The notes beneath the pieces are model-generated. The model was given only the letters and a program-made list of their open reading frames with translations, made no database searches and was not told where the DNA came from. A DNA stretch of 51,206 bases, from positions 1 through 51,206 of the forward strand of contig CDMY01000565.1 of assembly GCA_001179505.1 (NCBI GenBank), read 5' to 3'. The translations under genes and the position numbers were made by a program. Position 1 is the stretch's first letter; every line of letters starts with the position of its first letter. This document shows positions 11,946-23,074 of this stretch, piece after piece. Origin of the DNA: Vitrella brassicaformis CCMP3155. Its lineage: Eukaryota; Protista; Chromerida.

Positions 11946-14720
11946 ATGTGCTTTGTGGCTTTGTATCTCGTAGCTGTTGTAACAGTGTTCATAATGTCAT
12001 TCTGGGGCCCCTGGGGCCCGAAATTTCCTTCCCTCCCGTCACGACCTGATATGGAAGAACTCGCAGCAGCAACGCGGCTTTGGCCAGCCGCCAGTTCGCC
12101 TACCCCTCCTCCGTCGGACGCCCGTGATGCACTCCAACAGCACACCAACAACAACAGCACGGCACCGTCTGCGGCCCTGCGTGCTGCGTGGGCAAGAGGG
12201 GGGAGGGAAGCATGGCTGGTTGGGTGTCGGGTGGCGCTGGCTCTCCTGGCAGTGGCGTTCCTGAGGATGGGAGAGGACTCTGCACAAGTATGCACTCATG
12301 GCTGGGACAGCCCCTTTGCTTGCATGTGGGTCGCTTCACTGCAGGCTCGGCGGCCGTCGGCACCAGACGAGGGCTGGAGCATCATCCCTCCCCAGCAGGT
12401 GGCCCTGCTCTCCATCAGGCAGCGGTCCAAGCTGCTGGGCTCGCTCGGCCTGCGGACCAACCACAGGAAGGCACACTCCGTCTACGCTCTCAACGTGACC
12501 GAGGGCGGCACAGCTGGGTATTGGTGCCTGGACGAGTTTCGCCTGTGGACGCCGGATGGGCCGGTGGCGCTCAACAGAAGACGTATTCATGGGAACGGAG
12601 AGATGGAAGAGAGAGAGGTGCAGACGGGTTGCTGTGCGTGTGTGTCTCGTTGATGCAGCTGATGCGGCGTTTGCTGCGTCGGCGTCTCAGGACTTCCCTG
12701 CCAAGCATGCCGTCGACAGAAAGGAAGAGTGAGTCAGTCAGTGAGTCAGTGAGCGATCCGAGCACCTCAGGTGTGTATCTGCGTGTCATCCATCAGCATT
12801 TTCTGCAACGAGGGCGCCTCGGGGATGCTCGAGATCACTGTGGGCCGCAACATTAAGGTGGGTGACCCACAGGAGCGACAAACACACACAAACAAATGCG
12901 TCTCCCACGTTGCCTGGATCCTTTCATCAGGCCACCCGCTACGCTATCCGCCCGGCAGCACATTACCTGGACAGAGACCCGAAGTCGTGGACACTGCTGG
13001 TGAGCAGAGACAGGATGACCATCTGTGTGCATCGATGCATCCATACCCATGCATGCAGGGCAAGCGTGAGGGCGAGGGTTGGGACAGCCTGCACGAGGAG
13101 GCCAACCACAGCTTCGACGACGACCGACACGCGGACCATGAGTTCGACATACCCGAGGCTTTCGGTGGGTGAGGTGACCACACTGCATGCCATGCCATGC
13201 CATGCTGCCGTCATTTGTCCATCAAGCGACCTGCCTCACATGTATGTCTCTGTCCTCAGTACAAGCAACGGCCACCGAGCAGCCCCCACCCACAGTCACA
13301 AGTGGGACGGACGGGACAAAACAAGCAACAGCGGCACTCTGTCGGTGTGTGTGTTGTGTGTCTCGATGTCTCTGTGTCTCTGTCCGTCTGTGTGCACAGT
13401 TAAGGATTGTGTGGGGGAGTGGTCGGACTGGTCTCCGTGTACGCTGATCGACAAGGGCGGCTTCAAGCGCTGCCTCAAGAAACAAAGATTCAGGTGCCTA
13501 CAGCACGCACAAGCAGAGACACTGTCATGCCCTCCCTCCCTCCCTCCCTGCCCACTGTCACAGTGTGCTGGAGCCCGGCACAGTGGGCGGCGTGGCCTGT
13601 GAGGCTGCAGACGGCCAACAGCAGATAGAAGTCTGTTCAGAGAGCCCCTGCATCGGTCAGCCAGCCACAACACACTTATCCCTCCACACACCAGACCAGC
13701 CTGTGTGTTCGTGCTGTGCTGTGAGGAGTCAGATGAGCTGCAGGAGTCGGGCGGTGGTCGTGCCGACCGTGAGTTGTCGGGTTTGGGCGACCGCGAGGAG
13801 AATGTGGGCGAAGGTGACTTGATCGACGAGGAGGAGGGGCGGCTGGCGGCCGAGTGCATGCGCAAGGACGGCACCGTCTATGAGGGCACCATCGACCCCG
13901 TCACGGGCGAGCTCCTGTGCGAAAAAGGTGACAACCGAGCAGGGAGGGATGGATGCCGACAAATATGTATTTGTTGAGTCACACGGGCATGTGTGTCGAT
14001 GTAGAGGAGGAGGCCGGCGGTGGCGGCTCCAGGTGATGGAGGATAGGATGATGTCAATGAAGGAGCACAGAAACGACTATGTCGGTCTGTCTGTGTGCAT
14101 GCCAGCAGCAGTCTCTTGTACATATGTGGGTCGATAGCTGTCTTGCTCATTGCCGGCGGCATCGCAGCCATCGTGTTTGTCGTCATGAGACCAAAGGTAA
14201 AGGTGCCTGAAACACCACATACACGCACCCCACCCACACATGGGGTGTCTCCCTCCCTGCCATGTCTTGCAGACACCCGAGGCGCCAGTGAGAGCCTCCC
14301 ATACACACGAAATCCGGCCAGAAAACACTACCGCCTGCTCTCTGTCTCTGAGCGTGCTATGTTCAGGAGGAGGGTGCCGTCCCAGCTCCCCCCGCCGCCC
14401 CCCGCCAAGCAAGGCCGCCGAAGCTTCTGAGCCAGCAGCAGCAGCAGCTGCTGCTGCCGAGCCAGCGGAGCCGAAGGAGAAGAAGGAGAAGAAGGAGAAG
14501 GAGGTGGCGCCAAAGAAGAAGAAGGTGGTCAAGAAGAAGGCTGAGGAGATGAACGAGGAGGAAGCTGCAGAGAAGATACAGAAGTGAGTAGGGAGGGACG
14601 CTGATCACACACACACACATTATTGTTGCGTTGTGTTGTGTTGTGTTGTGTGTGTGCAGGAGGTGGAAGACCAAGAAGGCCAAGGCCAAGGCTGCTGAAG
14701 CGGCAGAGGAGAAGAAATAG
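11946..14720 (+). CDS. Type I membrane protein: F5/8-C (discoidin)-like domain, thrombospondin type-1 repeat, acidic linker, TM helix, Lys/Glu-rich tail
   Basis: Exons read ..FPAKHAVD..FCNEGASGMLEIT..ATRYAIRPAAHYLDRDPKSWTLL..EGWDSLHEEANHSF..EFDIP (discoidin-like), DCVGEWSDWSPCTLIDKGGFKRCLKKQRFR|VLEPGTVGGVACE..EVCSESPC (TSR), LLYICGSIAVLLIAGGIAAIVFVVMRPK (TM), and tail ..EAAEKIQK|RWKTKKAKAKAAEAAEEKK* (TAG 14718-14720). The start codon is uncertain. Confidence 0.7.
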
Positions 14721-15289
14721 ACATTATCACCGACTGCCTAGGGGGGCGTGAGTGTGGGTGGGTGGATGGTATTTGTGTCCTGAATGACCTTGATTGATAT
14801 GTGTGTGGGAGGATGTGTGTATGTGTATGTCCGGTCTCATGGCCGGCCAGGCATTGCTGACTGATCCACTCACTCATCAGTCGTTAATTGATAAACGCAG
14901 TTACTTCGTCCATTCACTCGTGGGCACATCAGATCGACACGGACGAAGGGACCGACGTGACGCACCACAAAGAGTCATCATCGTGGATAGAAAGAGAAAA
15001 GAGATCAGATCGCCGGTGTCACATAGATGTCACATGTCACGGGCACCCGTGTGTGTGCGGCGCAGGGAGAGAGAGAGAGAGGCAGAGAGGCAATTAAGGC
15101 AAGATCAAGAAGAGCGATGATACGCACACTCTCACGCAGAAAACCACACCTCACGCAGCACCGCTACCCTTTCCCACCGTCTGTACACCCGTCAGTAGAC
15201 CCCCGTGCCCACCCTCCCCGCCTCCCTCCCTGCCCACACACAGCGCTCCCACTTTGACCTCCCCGCCGCGCCGGCTGTCTGTGTGTGTG

Positions 15290-15691
15290 TCAGGCGGCGA
15301 GGTCGGGGAAGCACTCGTCGACGGACTTATTGGGATGCTTGCTCCTGGCGTGCTCGACGGCACATCCGCCCTGGGTCTTCATGAACGGCTGCCGACACAC
15401 CTGCACACACAACACAGCACAACACAACACAACACACCCATTCTCCGTTTCACTGACACCACACTGGTGTGTGTGTTTGCTGCTGGTCGTCTTACGCTGC
15501 AGATGAGAGTGAGTGACTTCTCGTTCTGCTTCAGCTGGCTCTTGCCCTCCTTTGGCGCATTCTTCTCGTTCCTGGCGCGCTTCTGCTCGGCTTTCTGAAC
15601 ACACACACGACGACACACACACGACACACAGGATCACAGAATCTGCTCGCCTGCCTTGGCAATCGCTTACGCATCCGTTGCTGCGTCCCAT
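15290..15691 (-). CDS. Small ZNF706/4F5(SERF)-like C2H2 zinc-binding protein, 3 exons
   Basis: GT-AG splicing gives MGRSNGCKAEQKRARNEKNAPKEGKSQLKQNEKSLTLICSVCRQPFMKTQGGCAVEHARSKHPNKSVDECFPDLAA*. It has CxxC...HxxxKHP and C-terminal CFP, typical of the At2g23090/ZNF706-like family. Confidence 0.8.
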   Translation of the reverse strand: MGRSNGCVSDCQGRRADSVILCVVCVSSCVCSESRAEARQEREECAKGGQEPAEAEREVTHSHLQRKTTSSKHTHQCGVSETENGCVVLCCAVLCVQVCRQPFMKTQGGCAVEHARSKHPNKSVDECFPDLAA

Positions 15692-15964
15692 AGTCAGTGC
15701 TCAACGACAATCAAGACGACGCGATCGGGTAGTACTGTGTACAATCGTGCTGCTCACACACAATAGGACAGCTATCCGCCGCCAGAATCGGGGTGACAAT
15801 TCTCTTCTTTTTGCGAGCCTGATCCACATCTCGCAACGAAACCGGCGCATTGCTTCACAGTGTAAGACTCTCTCCCACTCAAGTAAGCGACGTTCATTCA
15901 TCTCATTGATGCATGTCCAGGAGGGTGCATTCATCTCATTCGTTTGTTTCGTCACACGGATGCG

Positions 15965-17015
15965 ATGCGCCGGCAGCTGCGGTCACGGGCTGCACGAAGC
16001 GCGATGGCGGGTGTTGAGCGGATGGAGGCAGCTGCAGCAGCCATGGAGAGCGAGTCCGACGACCCAGACATGTCAGAGATGTCAGACGATGAGCCGCAGG
16101 TCTGCATGGATCACAGCAGCACGGGAGATGGATGCACAACCGCCGCCTTCAAGCCATTCTGTGGCTGGCCATCTGTGTGTCGGTGCAGGCCAAGAGCCAT
16201 CGGGTGGCTGCCAAGGGCGAGGTTGACCTCGAGGCCTTCTTCAGAGTCGCCACCGTACGCAACCTCCTCAACACTCATCTCATGCTGGCCAGTGACAAAC
16301 GCATTGCCTTTTGCAGCCTGTGATCCTCGCCCTTGTGCTGGCCTTCGTCCCTCTGCGGCTGCTGATACGCTTGCCCCGGCGCATTTGGCAGCACATCGCC
16401 CCGCAGTACACCCACCTGCTCATCGACGGCCACGACCGAGACGACGAGCGGTTCTGGGGACGAATGCCCTCACATGTCGCTCGGCTCTGGGGCTGTCGGC
16501 TGATGCACCTGACGTCAGTCACGCTGCGGCAGCCTCTCGGGCGATATACATATAAAAGGGGTTGGGGCATCGGCGCGCTGATATCCATCCTGGACGGCCA
16601 CTCATCGGCCAGGCAGAGGGAGCGGGAAGCGGGAGCGGAAATGGACGAGGGCTCTCTCACAAGCATCGCATTCGAGTGCTTCCCGGCATCCCATGACGGG
16701 TTCAACCACCAGCCTCCTGCCGTCCTCATGGCGAACGTCCCAATCAGGCTTCCCGCGCTGACGTCAATGACTGGCGTCCACGACGGCCTCAAATGGCTGC
16801 TGCTCCGCCTGGAAGCGCCGTCCATCGAGATGATACAGGGAGATATGGATGCCAACGTCTGGGCACTTGGCCCCTTTCTCCAACACTCGACGCGTCTGAA
16901 GCGCTACTGCGTCCCGTCGACGAGCATCTACAAGATTGTAGTCTTCAACTGCATCCGCGTGGCCGCAGCGGGGCAGCCGGGCCCCCTGTCGCAGCTCCAA
17001 GACATCGGCAGGATG
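15965..17015 (+). CDS. Lineage-specific F-box-like family gene A, copy 1 (runs into a gap)
   Basis: MRRQLRSR..DEPQ|AKSHRV..FFRVAT|PVILALVLAFVPLRLLIRLPRRIWQHIAPQYTHLLID.. with two GT-AG introns. The F-box-like call rests only on the LALVLAFVP helix pattern. Confidence 0.5.
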
Positions 17016-17315
17016 NNNNNNNNNNNNNNNNNNNNNNNNNNNNNNNNNNNNNNNNNNNNNNNNNNNNNNNNNNNNNNNNNNNNNNNNNNNNNNNNNNNNN
17101 NNNNNNNNNNNNNNNNNNNNNNNNNNNNNNNNNNNNNNNNNNNNNNNNNNNNNNNNNNNNNNNNNNNNNNNNNNNNNNNNNNNNNNNNNNNNNNNNNNNN
17201 NNNNNNNNNNNNNNNNNNNNNNNNNNNNNNNNNNNNNNNNNNNNNNNNNNNNNNNNNNNNNNNNNNNNNNNNNNNNNNNNNNNNNNNNNNNNNNNNNNNN
17301 NNNNNNNNNNNNNNN
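17016..17315. other. Assembly gap (300 N)
   Basis: Run of N. Confidence 1.
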
Positions 17316-17720
17316 TGTCTGTCTACCTGTCTGTGTGTGTCCGGTGTCATGTGGTGGGTGCCACACACAACACACAGTGGGGTATCCCCCCCCTCCCGTC
17401 CTCCTCTGCTCCCTGTGTCACTCTCGCTACTCCATCCCTCCCTCCCTCCTTGCCACCTCTCTGTCTCTCTGTCTGTCTGTCCACCGCTGACCACGGCACT
17501 CACTCGACAGGCTGCGATGCGATGTATCTCTTTCCGTCTGCAGCCGTCTGCTCTCTCGGCAACCAACCAACCGACCAACCAACGAGCTACGGATGCGATT
17601 CAGCTATCTATGTGTCTGTCTGTCTGTCTGCGGCCCATCCACCCCACCACTGACGGACGGCCTCTGCTCACGGTCCACCACCGACTACGACCCCTTGCTT
17701 GCGACAGGAGGCTATGCTAT

Positions 17721-19616
17721 CTATCTCCTTCTTCCCGCCACCGCCACCCTCCTCCTCTGCCTCGCTCGCCGCCTGTCCGCCTCCTGGGCCGTGACGCCGA
17801 CGTAGGACCCGGTCTCTCCCAGCAGCCGCTTCTCCATCAGCCGCGGGCATTTCCTCACCCCGGCGTCCCTCTCCTCGGGCGGCAGCAGGTCGTCTATCAT
17901 CTCCACAGCCTCCCTCTGACGCTTCCTGTTGCCCGCCGCCTCCTGTGCGGTCAGCCTGGCGCAGTTCATGCCTCTCATAGTGTGGTCGATCTGCTGCTGC
18001 ATAGCTGCGATGCGCTTCGAAGCCCGCACAGGAGCGGCTTCCTCGCGGCGCCGCTTGCGGTTGCCCTGGTGGATGGCAGGAGGTGGCGCGACGGGCGCTG
18101 GGGGTGGGGGTGCCAGCCACGGGTGTGCGGAGAGCTGGTCGGCGCTGTAGCGAGAGTCGGGGTTGGGGTGCAATGCGCTGAAATGGACAAACATCAGCGA
18201 ACAGAAAGAAAGGGGGGGAATTCATGATGTCAGCATGGCATTGGCGTGTGTGTGTGGTGTGTGCGTACTGGTAGAAGAAGTCAAGCTCCTCCGGCGTGAT
18301 GTTGAGCTGCGGTCGCAGCGCCGTCATGCGCGCCGCCAGCTCGGCCTTGACCTCCTGCTCCGTCTTGTCCTGGCCACCAACCTGCCCCGGCAGGATGTCC
18401 TCCGCCTGATCGAGTGCGCCCGCGGGCCACATCCCTCCGTGCGCTCTGGGCGGGCCATACACCTCTATCATCTCCCGCAGGGCCTCAGCGTCGTTGGCCA
18501 CGTCCACCGCCTCCCCGTTGACCACCCTCTGAAACGGCGAGCGGCCGTATGAGGTCCGAAACAACGGCTGGCCCAGGGCGCTGATGTCGGCCTCGAGGCC
18601 GTACTGCAGCCCCAGCAGCACCTCCGTCGGCCGGAATCCTCGGACCCACTGCACAAGCCGACAAAACCAAGCCAATGACAGACAACGGCCATGTGTGGGC
18701 GTCGCTTTCTTGCGATTGCGTGTGTGTCTGTCTGCTTACTGCCTGCGGGTCTTTGATGGGGTTCCACGGTTCTTCCTCCGCCTTGAAGCACCCCAGGTCG
18801 ATGAGGCGCACCAGCCCACCATCCACCACCACGTTGTCCAGCTTGTGGTCGCGGTATATCACTGTATCCATCAAACACACACACACGTACACACACACGC
18901 GTGAGAAGCTTTGCAAGGAGTGATCCTGCCTTTTTCCTCTCTCCTCTATCTGATGTGGCGGCTCTCCTCACCTCCTGCCCCGTGCAGCGCCGTGTGTGCG
19001 TTGACGAGCTGCCTGCTGATGGCCTTGACCTCCTCCCGCGGCAGTCCGTCCTGTGCGTGGTCGTGCAGCTTCGTGGAGAGCGTGGGGCCGCCGTACGGCA
19101 TGATGAGGTAGGCCCTGTCCTCCTCGGGGTCCTCCACGAAGCCCAACGACGACATCACATTGGGACAGTCTTTGATGTCGGGATACTCCATGACCATATG
19201 TTCAACTGAATTAAAAAAGGATCACATTCAGCGGCAGATACGTGCATGTTTCCATGTTGACGTCGCTTACACTGGAGCACGTTGGCAAACTCGCCGCTAG
19301 TCTGCATCTACGCAAGCACAACACACCAGGCCACGTACCAGAGGAAATGAGCCATGTATGTGTATGTGTGAGACATAAGCAACGCACCCACTAATGCCCC
19401 GCTCCCTGTGCCCATGGACTGCATGCTTACCACCTTGACGACCAGTTCGGGTCCTCGGGGTATCTCCTCGGGGTTCTGGAAGCCATCGATGTGTGGCGCC
19501 TCCCCCTGTGGATTGGCACGCGCTCGCCAGGTCACTGCGAACCCGCCCGCTCCCAAATGACTGATATCATTGAAGTTGTTGACGATGAAGACCGGCAGCT
19601 GGTGAGCCTGAGCCAT
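17721..19616 (-). CDS. Ser/Thr-type protein kinase, lineage-specific family, copy K1 (apparently intact, 6 exons)
   Basis: LGAGGFAVTW (Gly loop), LVVK, EH (alphaC), YRDHKLDN, RLIDLG, GFRPTE, ADISALGQLL, ALHPNPDSRYSADQLSAHPWL, then a basic tail. All junctions are GT-AG and keep frame. Confidence 0.8.
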
Positions 19617-20135
19617 CTCCGCAGGCAGGCAGGGACAGCTCGATGCCGCGGAAACGATGTGACAGTGACTTTGCGAAGCGCAAATGACGCAACCAGCAGA
19701 GAGTGGAAAGAGCGTTCTTCTGTGTGCTGACTCGGCCGAAGCGAAGAACAGAGAGAACGCCATTTGCGAAAGCCGTCTCCCGTCTCAAATTCTCGCCAAA
19801 ATGGAAATTTACTTCTCGGTGTTGCGGTGATGCAGCTCTTGTCCACCTGCACAATCGGTGCGCGCAGGTGGAAGCCACACCTCTTTCTGACATATATGCT
19901 GTCCATAGACGCCACGCGACATCTAACTGACAGAGGGAGAGAGACGCACCCGGCTTTGCTGTGCGCTGCGCGAAGGCTGAGAGGGGGAAGGCCATCGTGG
20001 CGGTGGGGCGAGAGAAACAGCAATGACGTCCACTGACGATGCTGATCTGCTGACCAAACAATGACCGACATGCAGATGATCTTCTTCGTTGATGGACCAA
20101 GTCATGCGGCAACATCCACACCGCCGTGCGATGAT
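19617..20135 (-). repeat. Conserved non-coding block upstream of kinase K1
   Basis: Near-colinear reverse-complement match to 49225-49744 and partial match to 24595-24770. Confidence 0.8.
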
Positions 20136-20141
20136 TCGCTG

Positions 20142-20590
20142 CGACGATCAAGTCGCTGCGGATCGTCATCTACGGTGAGTGAACACAAAGACGACACAGA
20201 CAGCACAGCCCGCCTCCATCCGTCTGGTGTCTGCTGTGTGTCAGCACCTGACGGCGTTGACAGTGGCGAGTTTGGACGGGCGTGTGTGGCGTCGCTTGTG
20301 AAGCTCCGCGGGCTCCAGCGGATGTGGGTGCTCGTCTTGCCCAGGTCGGGCAACAGCACCTTGGCCGCCGCCTTGAGGGAGCACCATCCACAGGGGACCT
20401 GCCGTGGGTTCCTCATCCAGTGCAGAGGGGACGCAATAGAGCTCCACAAGGTGAGATTCCGGGAGAGGAGGAGTGGAGCGGCCAAGGGGTTCATTCGCTG
20501 GTTGATGTGTCTGTGGTGTGTGGCAGATGGTGAGTGGCTTAGGAGGGAGGAGAGGCAGCAAGAGGAAGCGCCCGGGCGTCTCGTGAGAGG
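20142..20590 (+). pseudogene. 3' fragment of family gene A (slightly diverged copy of ~22490-22935)
   Basis: Same PDGVDSGEFGRACVASLVKLRGLQRMWVL.. exons as copy 2, with scattered substitutions. It starts abruptly right after the kinase upstream block. Confidence 0.7.
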
Positions 20591-20890
20591 NNNNNNNNNN
20601 NNNNNNNNNNNNNNNNNNNNNNNNNNNNNNNNNNNNNNNNNNNNNNNNNNNNNNNNNNNNNNNNNNNNNNNNNNNNNNNNNNNNNNNNNNNNNNNNNNNN
20701 NNNNNNNNNNNNNNNNNNNNNNNNNNNNNNNNNNNNNNNNNNNNNNNNNNNNNNNNNNNNNNNNNNNNNNNNNNNNNNNNNNNNNNNNNNNNNNNNNNNN
20801 NNNNNNNNNNNNNNNNNNNNNNNNNNNNNNNNNNNNNNNNNNNNNNNNNNNNNNNNNNNNNNNNNNNNNNNNNNNNNNNNNNNNNNNNNN
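20591..20890. other. Assembly gap (300 N)
   Basis: Run of N. Confidence 1.
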
Positions 20891-22932
20891 CGAGGCCTTC
20901 TTCAGAGTCGCCACCGTACGCAACCTCCTCAACACTCATCTCATGCTGGCCAGTGACAAACGCATTGCCTTTTGCAGCCTGTGATCCTCGCCCTTGTGCT
21001 GGCCTTCGTCCCTCTGCGGCTGCTGATACGCTTGCCCCGGCGCATTTGGCAGCACATCGCCCCGCAGTACACCCACCTGCTCATCGACGGCCACGACCGA
21101 GACGACGAGCGGTTCTGGGGACGAATGCCCTCACATGTCGCTCGGCTCTGGGGCTGTCGGCTGATGCACCTGACGTCAGTCACGCTGCGGCAGCCTCTCG
21201 GGCGATATACATATAAAAGGGGTTGGGGCATCGGCGCGCTGATATCCATCCTGGACGGCCACTCATCGGCCAGGCAGAGGGAGCGGGAAGCGGGAGCGGA
21301 AATGGACGAGGGCTCTCTCACAAGCATCGCATTCGAGTGCTTCCCGGCATCCCATGACGGGTTCAACCACCAGCCTCCTGCCGTCCTCATGGCGAACGTC
21401 CCAATCAGGCTTCCCGCGCTGACGTCAATGACTGGCGTCCACGACGGCCTCAAATGGCTGCTGCTCCGCCTGGAAGCGCCGTCCATCGAGATGATACAGG
21501 GAGATATGGATGCCAACGTCTGGGCACTTGGCCCCTTTCTCCAACACTCGACGCGTCTGAAGCGCTACTGCGTCCCGTCGACGAGCATCTACAAGATTGT
21601 AGTCTTCAACTGCATCCGCGTGGCCGCAGCGGGGCAGCCGGGCCCCCTGTCGCAGCTCCAAGACATCGGCAGGATGGGGCTGCCCCCGAGTGAACAGCTC
21701 GCCCCCTTGCAAGTGAGGGGATACACAGACAGACAGACAGATATGTGTCCGCTGTGTCGTCAGAACATTTTGTTTAATCACGGGTGCCGGTCGCTGTCGT
21801 CACTCGACCTGGAGCTCCAGGAGAAGGTCAACCGTCAGACCTTCTCCATCCTGTCGGCCGTCACGGCATTCGTCTCGGCTGTGTGCCGATCGCCAGACAT
21901 CCCCATCACCTGGCGGCTGGAGAAGAAATGGCTCGACCTCTCCCTCCTCCACTTTGTGCCCATCTACCTCTCGCCCCTCGCCAAGAAGGCGCTCATCGAA
22001 CTGGCGCGCCAGGCCCACCATGTGGAGTGGTCTGTCAGCCAGACGGACATCGACCGTGCGGCCACGAACAGCCTGCCAGAAGGCAACACGAAGGCCCTGA
22101 TCGACAGCCTCGCCTTCCCCAATGCGCACACGGTGTGGGTCAAGGACGCCCCTGGGTTCGCCCTCAACCCCCAGCAGATGACGCAGACAGCCAGCCGCCC
22201 CCCCACTCGGCCATCGCCAAGGGCATCGCGGCGTCGGCCTTTCCGCGGGTGACTGAGCTGTGGGTGGGCACCACTAGCAGCATCGGGTGGCAGATCGGCG
22301 GCCAGCTGGCGACCAAGACCCCCTCACTGTCGCGCACGGGTGCGATGGGCACTGTGAGGGGCGGCGAGGGGGACGTGCGCGGCTTCCTGTCGGCGATAGG
22401 GAGAGAGAGGGCGCTGCGTGAGGTGCGGGTCAACGTCGATGGGGCGGACAGAGGCGGCATCAAGTGGGGGGAGGAGGCGGATACATTGCCGACGATCAAG
22501 TCGCTGCGGATCGTCATCGACGGTGAGTGAACACAAAGACGACACAGACAGCACAGCCCGCCTCCATCCGTCTGGTGTCTGCTGTGTGTCAGCACCTGAC
22601 GGCGTTGACAGTGGCGACTTTGGACGGGCGTGTGTGGCGTCGCTTGTGAAGCTCCGCGGGCTCCAGCGCATGTGGGTGCTCATCGTGCCCAGGTCGGGCA
22701 ACAGCACCTTGGCCGCCGCCATGAGGGAGCACCATCCACAGGGGACCTGCCGTGGGTTCCTCATTCAACACAGAGGGGACGCAATAGAGCTCCACAAGGT
22801 GAGATTCGGAGGAGAGGAGTGGGGCGGCCAAGGGGTTCATTCGGTGGTTGATGTGTCTTTGGTGTGTGGCAGATGGTGAGTGGCTTAGGAGGGAGGAGAG
22901 GCAGCAAGAGGAAGCGCCCGGGCGTCTCGTGA
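20891..22932 (+). pseudogene. Family gene A, copy 2: 5' end in gap, 1-nt frameshift in a C-run at 22168-22172
   Basis: 20891-21676 duplicates 16230-17015. The coding frame switches from ..PGFALNP to ..ADDADSQPPPHSAIAKG at a C5 run, and one extra C would restore it. Ends ..KRKRPGVS*. Confidence 0.55.
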
Positions 22933-23074
22933 GAGGCCGTGACGGTGTGTATACTCGACGTGCTGACATTCTCCACCAATGGGCGACATCAACGTGTTGT
23001 TGATGGGATGGCTGTGGTGCAGTGCTCTCACATGTGGCGGCATGACGTTAGTTCGGTGTGGGTGTGCAATGTTA

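Noticed and set aside
16311-18227. 638-aa ORF (and other X-containing ORFs at 20.1-21.0 kb and 46.5-47.5 kb)
   Set aside because: Artefacts of translating through N gaps.
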